This document shows, piece by piece, positions 58,139-64,000 of a DNA stretch of 64,000 nucleotides; positions within the stretch are counted from its first letter, which is position 1; each line of letters begins with the position of its first letter. The notes under the pieces are model-generated. The model was not told the origin of the DNA. It made no database searches and saw only the letters and a program-made list of their open reading frames with translations. The translations under genes and the position numbers were made by a program. The stretch comes from Anaerolineae bacterium (GTDB lineage Bacteria > Chloroflexota > Anaerolineae > UBA1429), in NCBI GenBank assembly GCA_963675785.1, contig OY776562.1, positions 1,536,001 to 1,600,000 on the forward strand, given 5' to 3'.

Positions 58139-58166
58139 TCTATCTGCCTCCCCTAACGAATACGTT

Positions 58167-59180
58167 CTACAGTTCCACCGGCAGGTGGCCGTGGGTGAGG
58201 GTGAGGTGCGGCGTCGAATGGTCGGCGGTCATGGGCCGACGACGGGCCACGCTTTCCTCCAGGGCGGGCATATCCCAGCGGTTCAGCAGAATCTCCCAAT
58301 AGCTGATGTACTCGTAGCCACCGACGGGACGTGTATGCTCTGGTTCGAGATAAGGGAATGCCTTGCAGTTTTCGACCCAAGGAGCAATCCACTCTACGGC
58401 CTGGCGCAGGGTACGTCCCGAGGACGAGACGTAATCGAACAAATCAGTGCCGCGCAGACGCAGCACCTCAGCAGCCAGAGTTTGGGGCATGAGAGAGAAA
58501 TGGGTGTACCAAATACCGCTGCTGCCCTGATTGCGGTGTATCTCGTGAGGCATGTAGCCTTCCTCGGCAATCTGGCTCTCGATGAATGACTTCCAGCGCG
58601 CCTCGGCATCCGCCAGCAGTTGAAGATCGTCCAAATAGGCGCCGATGGCCGTGACCAACAGCAGCCCCCAGTTGCCCCAGTTGTTATCGCGATCCATGGT
58701 GTTGAGGGGCAGGGCATAGAGCATGAGAAAAGCTTTGAAGCGATTCTCCATGTCCCCCGTCCATGCTGCGGTGCCGCGCAACAGGTCGGCGGCAAAGAGC
58801 ATGGCCGGAAAGTGGTAGCTAAAGCAGAGCGTGGAATCGTCCTTGAGGGAATAACGGCGGAACAGGCTGGCCCAGCCATCGGCCAGGTGCGCCGCCTTGC
58901 GAGCCGCTTCCTCGTCGCCGGTCAACCGCGCATAGAGAGCCAGAGCATAGGCGTGGTTGGCGTCGTTCATCAACACGCCCTTTTTCGTCTGGTGTCCCTC
59001 GGCATCGCGGTAATAGCCGGGCACGTACCAATCCTCCGGCACCTGCGGCTCCAGCTCGCCCAAGGCCGTTACCTCAGCCTGCAGGGCTTGAAAGGCACTC
59101 CAAGTGGGCTCGACGCGGTCGGTGATGCGCTGGCGTAACGCAGCCAGTCTTGCTTCAGTGAGGAATACCGGGGTTGTCAT
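58167..59180 (-). CDS. alginate lyase family protein
   Basis: NNWGNW, E..R..G..Y..F pattern; no signal peptide. Confidence 0.8.
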   Translation of the reverse strand: MTTPVFLTEARLAALRQRITDRVEPTWSAFQALQAEVTALGELEPQVPEDWYVPGYYRDAEGHQTKKGVLMNDANHAYALALYARLTGDEEAARKAAHLADGWASLFRRYSLKDDSTLCFSYHFPAMLFAADLLRGTAAWTGDMENRFKAFLMLYALPLNTMDRDNNWGNWGLLLVTAIGAYLDDLQLLADAEARWKSFIESQIAEEGYMPHEIHRNQGSSGIWYTHFSLMPQTLAAEVLRLRGTDLFDYVSSSGRTLRQAVEWIAPWVENCKAFPYLEPEHTRPVGGYEYISYWEILLNRWDMPALEESVARRRPMTADHSTPHLTLTHGHLPVEL

Positions 59181-59204
59181 GTCGCCATCTCTCCAATGCG
59201 CCAA

Positions 59205-59963
59205 CTAGCGCTTGTTCACAATGAGCAGCTCACGATGTTCGTTGGTCTCGATGCCCTGCGGCGTACTGTGCTGTTCGAGTAGCCGATTGACGCCGTGCCA
59301 ATGCTTTTCAATGTCGAACGGCTCGGGCAGAGGCACCGCCTTGAGCCAAAACAGCAGCGATTCCAGATCGAGGAACCAATAGCGCAGGTCGTATTCGGCG
59401 CGAGCTACCACGCGACAGCCCTCTCTCTCGAAGACAGTCGCCAGTTCATCCACTGACTGAAACCAGTCCGAGCCAAAGCTATCGGGCGTCCAGCCAAAGG
59501 CCTCCAGCACGCTGAGGCTGTTGCGCTGCCCAACCTGCTGGGTAATGAAATAGCCGCCCGAACGCAGCACGCGGGCTACGCCGACGGCATCCACCGAGCA
59601 ATGGCGGTTGAACACCATGTCAAACTCGCCCTCGCCAAAGGGAAGGTTGCTGCCATCCACCATGGCAAACTCGACGCCTTGCACGCCCCAGGCCACCTTG
59701 TTGCGTTGGGCCTGAGCGATCATCTCGGCGTTAATGTCGATACCCAGCCCCTCGCCATAATAAGAGGCCAAAGCCAGAAAGCGTTCACCGCCGCCGGTGC
59801 CAATGTCCAGCACACGATCAGAGGGGCTAAGATAACGGCGGACGACCTCGGCGTAATTCCAGGGGGCCGGCTCGCGGGCATCACGCACACGTGAGAAATC
59901 CCAGCCGCTACGTTCGCCCACACTCTCGGCCGTTTGCCGCAATTGTTCGAGGGTCAAAGACAT
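59205..59963 (-). CDS. class I SAM-dependent methyltransferase
   Basis: GWDFS, LDIGTGGGE, GG.FITQQVG. Confidence 0.9.
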   Translation of the reverse strand: MSLTLEQLRQTAESVGERSGWDFSRVRDAREPAPWNYAEVVRRYLSPSDRVLDIGTGGGERFLALASYYGEGLGIDINAEMIAQAQRNKVAWGVQGVEFAMVDGSNLPFGEGEFDMVFNRHCSVDAVGVARVLRSGGYFITQQVGQRNSLSVLEAFGWTPDSFGSDWFQSVDELATVFEREGCRVVARAEYDLRYWFLDLESLLFWLKAVPLPEPFDIEKHWHGVNRLLEQHSTPQGIETNEHRELLIVNKR

Positions 59964-59997
59964 GATGAGCCTTTCTGCCAGATGCGGTGGAACGTGC

Positions 59998-61005
59998 TTA
60001 TGTGCTACGCAAATAGCGTTCACGGTCAAAGACGAACTGAAGCGGCTCCCCAGCCTGAAAGCGACGCAAGTTCTCCAGGCAAACCTCCTGATAGCGCTCC
60101 AGGCGGGTCGGTTCCTGGCCGTAGGTAGGATGAGTGCGGCTGATGTGGTGAGCCGTGAAAATGACATTGGGCCACTTGCGGGCGGGATGATCCACCGGCA
60201 AAAGATCGGGTTCCAGCACATCCAGCCCGGCGCGCAGCCGGCCGCTCTCAAGTTCGGCAAAGAGGGCCTGCTGATTAAAAATGGCGCCGCGCGCGGTATT
60301 CACCACCGGCGCATGATCGGGGAGCAGGGCCAGCAGTTCGGCGGTGATGCTACCCCGGGTTTCCTCCGAAAGGCCGGCATGGATGACCAACGCCTCGCTG
60401 TGGCGGCAGAGGGTCTCCAGAGACTCCTCACGGATGCAATCTTCGGGCAGCTCGGTCACATAGGGGTCATAGACATGGAGGATGGGTTCAAAGGGGCGAA
60501 TCAGCTCGACAAAGCGCCGACCGATGACGCCCATGCCATAGATGCCCACATGCAGCTTGTAGAGCGTGCCGCCGCAAAAGCCCTCTATGGCGCCCCAACC
60601 GCCCGCCTCGACCCGCTCGACCTGCTCGTGAATATCTTTGAGCGTGGACAGCAGCAAAGCCATGGCGCCTTCGGCAATACCCACCGAGAGTGCGTCGCCC
60701 CAGTTGGTAACGGGCAAGCCCGATTCGATCAGCTCCAGAGGCACCCACTGACGTATGGTACCGGTCACATTGCAGATATATTTGAGATTACCGGGGTTCT
60801 CGACGATTTGCAGCGGGATGGGCATAGAATCCCAGGCGGTGAGCAGCACGTCGCAGCCACGAATGAGAGCCACGCGCTGTTTCTCACTGAGTTCATCGCC
60901 ATTGCGCACCATCTCAAAGTCGCCCAATTCTTGCAGAGCCTGGATAAAGACGCCGGTCCAGCAGCGCTTGACGGCGTCATCGCGCAGAATGGTAAGGAGT
61001 TTCAT
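59998..61005 (-). CDS. D-2-hydroxyacid dehydrogenase
   Basis: GIYGMGVIG, NTARG, LDV..P, H. Confidence 0.92.
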   Translation of the reverse strand: MKLLTILRDDAVKRCWTGVFIQALQELGDFEMVRNGDELSEKQRVALIRGCDVLLTAWDSMPIPLQIVENPGNLKYICNVTGTIRQWVPLELIESGLPVTNWGDALSVGIAEGAMALLLSTLKDIHEQVERVEAGGWGAIEGFCGGTLYKLHVGIYGMGVIGRRFVELIRPFEPILHVYDPYVTELPEDCIREESLETLCRHSEALVIHAGLSEETRGSITAELLALLPDHAPVVNTARGAIFNQQALFAELESGRLRAGLDVLEPDLLPVDHPARKWPNVIFTAHHISRTHPTYGQEPTRLERYQEVCLENLRRFQAGEPLQFVFDRERYLRST

Positions 61006-61772
61006 GCTAGTGCCTCCCGCAAGAATTCCAGGTCACGCAGAGCGTTATCAAACATCACGGCGATATGCTCATCGGGCTGGTTGGTGCCAGCGGTGAACTC
61101 TAAAGTGAACGAGCCCTTGAAACCATAATCCAGGAGCAAGTCCAGGGCCTGGCGCACCTCGCCGGGGCGCTCATCCAGACGCAGGCAGTTGCGCTGGTTA
61201 TCGCGAGCCTGCATGTGAGCGTGGATCACCAAGCTGCCAAAGCAATCGAGAAAGCCGCGCATCCGCTCCAAGCCGCCCAAGGGATGCACGACATAGCGGT
61301 AATCCTCCAGGCCCAGCTCCTCAAAGATGGCCAGCGCCTGCTCGGGGTGCTCTGCTGGGGTGCCAGGGTGGCATTCACACCATGCCGCCATACCCTCTGG
61401 CAAGGCAGCGCGCCAGGCGGTTACAGCCTCCGCCTCAATGAGCGAGAGAGTCTCGCCGCGATTGAAATTCCACTTGATGGCCGCAGCCCCCAAACGTTGG
61501 GCCAACTGGGTAGCGCGGGGCGGGGTGCCGCTGTCATCGGCAAAGGTGCAATAGCTGTTGAGCACCGTGATGGGCACTGGAGAGGCCTCCAGTGCAGCCA
61601 ATTCGACCTCATCAGCCAAGGCGGCGTGGTTCTCCCACAACTCGATGCCGTCGAATCCGGCGGCGGCGATGCGCGGCAGCCAATCGCTCACCTTGAATGT
61701 GGGCAAGTGCCCCGGCTTGTGGCGATTTCGCTCCAACAGAATGGTGCCCAAATAGATGGGATGGGCGTTCAT
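61002..61772 (-). CDS. sugar phosphate isomerase/epimerase (TIM barrel)
   Basis: GFDGIELW, ECH, HAH.Q, TLEF. Confidence 0.85.
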   Translation of the reverse strand: MNAHPIYLGTILLERNRHKPGHLPTFKVSDWLPRIAAAGFDGIELWENHAALADEVELAALEASPVPITVLNSYCTFADDSGTPPRATQLAQRLGAAAIKWNFNRGETLSLIEAEAVTAWRAALPEGMAAWCECHPGTPAEHPEQALAIFEELGLEDYRYVVHPLGGLERMRGFLDCFGSLVIHAHMQARDNQRNCLRLDERPGEVRQALDLLLDYGFKGSFTLEFTAGTNQPDEHIAVMFDNALRDLEFLREALA

Positions 61773-61776
61773 CGTC

Positions 61777-62685
61777 CTACTCCCTTTCGATCAGCCCCAG
61801 TATCCAGGGCAGATCGACATAGTCCTCGGTTTGTTGCTCGCGCAATAGCCCCTGAATGAGCCAGCGCGGATGAGTGTCGTCATATTCCATGTGCTGGTCG
61901 CAGCCCAGACGCAAAGCCTCGCCATGGCTGACCTCACGCGTCCATACGGACACGCCCTCTGGGTAGACCAATTGGCTCCCCACGGCGTAGGCGTCGGTCT
62001 CTTTGCGCCAGGAGCCAGCCAGTTCATCGGCCACTGCCAAACCGAAAGAGCGCTCGCCCGTAGCCGAAGCCCCAGCATTGCACTCGTAAACCATATGGTA
62101 GGCGCCGCTAGACTGGGCCTTGTAGATATGCACAGCCTCGTGGACGCCGGAGTAGGCCACCTGCCAATCGCCCCAACCATTGGGGAAATCCGCCAGACTG
62201 GTGGTGCGGTAGACCACATCGTGGTGGGCGCGGGTGTAGAACAGGTAGACGCGCGTCTCGTCCGCAATCACCCAAAAGTCGATCCATTTGGCGGATTCGT
62301 CTTTGGGCAGCAAGGGACGGAATTCGCTCCAACTGGCGGGATCGGCGATGGTGGCGGTGGTGCAGTAACACGGCATATAGTTGGCATCGCGGTTCTGGAA
62401 GAGCAGGTACCACAAGCCCTGCGGCGCATAATAGAACACCTGCGGTGCACAGCCATAGCGTTCGGCGGTGCTGCGCACCATGGGCAACTCGTGATGCTGA
62501 GCGGTACGCAACCCTTCCAGCGTGGGGGCCGAAGCATAGCCGGTAAGGGTGGCTGACGGGCTGATGGCGGTGTAGAACAGATGCCAGGCGCCCTCGGCAT
62601 AGACGATAGAAGGATCTTTGACGGCGATGCTGTCCCAAGCGGTCTGGGGCGTGAACAGGGGTGCGGATACGGTCCAGCGGGTCAT
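61777..62685 (-). CDS. GH62-like alpha-L-arabinofuranosidase
   Basis: VKDPSIV, APQVFY, IDFWVI.D, EA..IYK, SHGE. Confidence 0.8.
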   Translation of the reverse strand: MTRWTVSAPLFTPQTAWDSIAVKDPSIVYAEGAWHLFYTAISPSATLTGYASAPTLEGLRTAQHHELPMVRSTAERYGCAPQVFYYAPQGLWYLLFQNRDANYMPCYCTTATIADPASWSEFRPLLPKDESAKWIDFWVIADETRVYLFYTRAHHDVVYRTTSLADFPNGWGDWQVAYSGVHEAVHIYKAQSSGAYHMVYECNAGASATGERSFGLAVADELAGSWRKETDAYAVGSQLVYPEGVSVWTREVSHGEALRLGCDQHMEYDDTHPRWLIQGLLREQQTEDYVDLPWILGLIERE

Positions 62686-63548
62686 ATGCGCTCCTCGTCG
62701 GTCGGTGCTGAGCCCCCAGGCGCGAGCTGCCCCTGCCAATCGGCGGGGTTGACGTGCCAAAGGGGTTGTTTGCGGGCCATTCGCCTCATAAAGGCCCAGC
62801 CAAAGGGACCAGAGAGGCGGCGGATGACGCGATTGAAAAAGCCGGGGACGGATACGGCTTGGCCACGATGCAAATCGCGCAGCGAGGCCGCCACCAGGTC
62901 TTCGGCGGTCATCCAGGCGAATTTAGGCACCCAGGAAAAGTCTGTGCCTTCTTTTTCCTGGAACTCGGTGGGGACGAACCCCGGGCAAAGGGCCTGCATG
63001 TGCACGCCGGTGCCCTGCAGCTCTAGCGCCACCGACCGCGACCAGGCCAGGATATAGCTTTTGGTGCCAGCATAGCCCACATAGCCGGGCAGAGGCGCAA
63101 AGGCCCCCAGCGAAGAGAGATTGACAATGCCGCCCTCGCCAGCTTGCAGCATGTAGGGCAGCGCCGCACGAGACAAACATACCGGCGCCACCACGTGAAG
63201 GTTGATCATGTTCAGTTCGCAGGTGATGTCGCAAGCGGCAAAAGGCTGCTCGATGCCAAAGCCGGCGGCATTGATGAGATAGGCTAACTTGTCTACGCCA
63301 GCCATGTGTTCGATGAGAGCCTGCACATCATCGGCTTGGGTCAGATCGGCCTGAAAAGCGACCGCCTTGATATCGTAACGTTCCTTCAAATCGGCAGCCA
63401 GGCTCACCAAACGGCCTGTACGCCGAGCTACCAGGGTCACGTTACAGCCTGCGCGGGCCAACTGCCAGGCGAATTCCTGACCAATGCCGCTGGATGCCCC
63501 GGTGATAATGGCGTGCCCTTTGTAGAAACCCTCTTGACGACGCATCAA
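62682..63548 (-). CDS. SDR family oxidoreductase
   Basis: TGASSGIG, Y...K, LCPG. Confidence 0.95.
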   Translation of the reverse strand: MMRRQEGFYKGHAIITGASSGIGQEFAWQLARAGCNVTLVARRTGRLVSLAADLKERYDIKAVAFQADLTQADDVQALIEHMAGVDKLAYLINAAGFGIEQPFAACDITCELNMINLHVVAPVCLSRAALPYMLQAGEGGIVNLSSLGAFAPLPGYVGYAGTKSYILAWSRSVALELQGTGVHMQALCPGFVPTEFQEKEGTDFSWVPKFAWMTAEDLVAASLRDLHRGQAVSVPGFFNRVIRRLSGPFGWAFMRRMARKQPLWHVNPADWQGQLAPGGSAPTDEERI

Positions 63549-63565
63549 TCAACCTCCAGTTGCTG

Positions 63566-64000
63566 TCAATCGATATCGACGATATCGCCGATTTCGACCA
63601 GATACTGCTGCCGACCCAAGCCCTCGTGGGTGGAATCGATGAGCACATAACGACCATCCGGCGTGCTGCGCGGATGCAGATCGCAACGCCATTCGCCGGT
63701 GTACTCGGGCGGCTCGTAAAAGCTGCCCAGCTCGATGCGTACATCATCCGCCGGGCGGTACAGGTAGAGCACTTGCTCGCGTTCAGCGTTGGGGTAGGCG
63801 TCGTTGAGAATGTATTCGTTGCCCGGCAGATAGGTGCAGTGACCGTTGACGGGCATTTTCTCCAGGCCCACCACCTCGGGCGTGGGGTCGGCCTCATCGG
63901 GGTAGAGGTAAAAAGCATAACCGTGACTGGGGTGGGTGGCCCAAGCCAGAATGTGGTCGGCATCTCGCCAGATGAAATGCGAGGTATCGCCCCAACCATC
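63566..64000 (-). CDS. beta-propeller/Ogl-like protein, C-terminal part (starts beyond the window)
   Basis: Frame open to the window edge; SHFIW, GHCTY, RCDLHPR, IDS. Confidence 0.8.
   Translation of the reverse strand, partial: DGWGDTSHFIWRDADHILAWATHPSHGYAFYLYPDEADPTPEVVGLEKMPVNGHCTYLPGNEYILNDAYPNAEREQVLYLYRPADDVRIELGSFYEPPEYTGEWRCDLHPRSTPDGRYVLIDSTHEGLGRQQYLVEIGDIVDID

Noticed and set aside
59962-61128. Long antisense or alternative-frame ORFs (this one; also 2681-3754, 12248-13297, 35501-36571)
   Set aside because: Shadow ORFs typical of high-GC DNA, overlapping genes with clear family motifs.

Overview
GC-rich bacterial chromosomal window whose gene content suggests Chloroflexota/Anaerolineae (inference). 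All product calls come from motif recognition; no database searches were run. Most of the window is metabolic, transport and membrane genes: aldo/keto reductase, a CotH-DUF4956-VTC module, an ABC exporter operon, hydrolases, GNATs and a carbohydrate-use cluster at 54.7-64 kb. Three features stand out. (1) A split, apparently domesticated phage-like system. Intact head-tail and tail-like genes lie at 1.9-4.7 kb. About 47 kb away, among housekeeping genes, is an isolated operon of a small-terminase-like gene, a large terminase and an ECF-like sigma factor. Its near-consensus sigma70 promoter has a perfect LexA-type box (AGAAC-N4-GTTCT) over the predicted start site. This suggests an SOS-inducible gene-transfer-agent-like system. 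(2) Two variable hotspots (4.7-12.2 kb and 19.2-22.3 kb) where single accessory genes alternate with mosaics of GTAG-footed REP-like palindromes, like a cassette array with no integrase. (3) A 71-bp duplication of the first phage-like gene's 5' end brackets a TPR gene, and local G/C strand skew flips sharply at hotspot edges. No rRNA, tRNA, CRISPR array, integrase or transposase was recognised.
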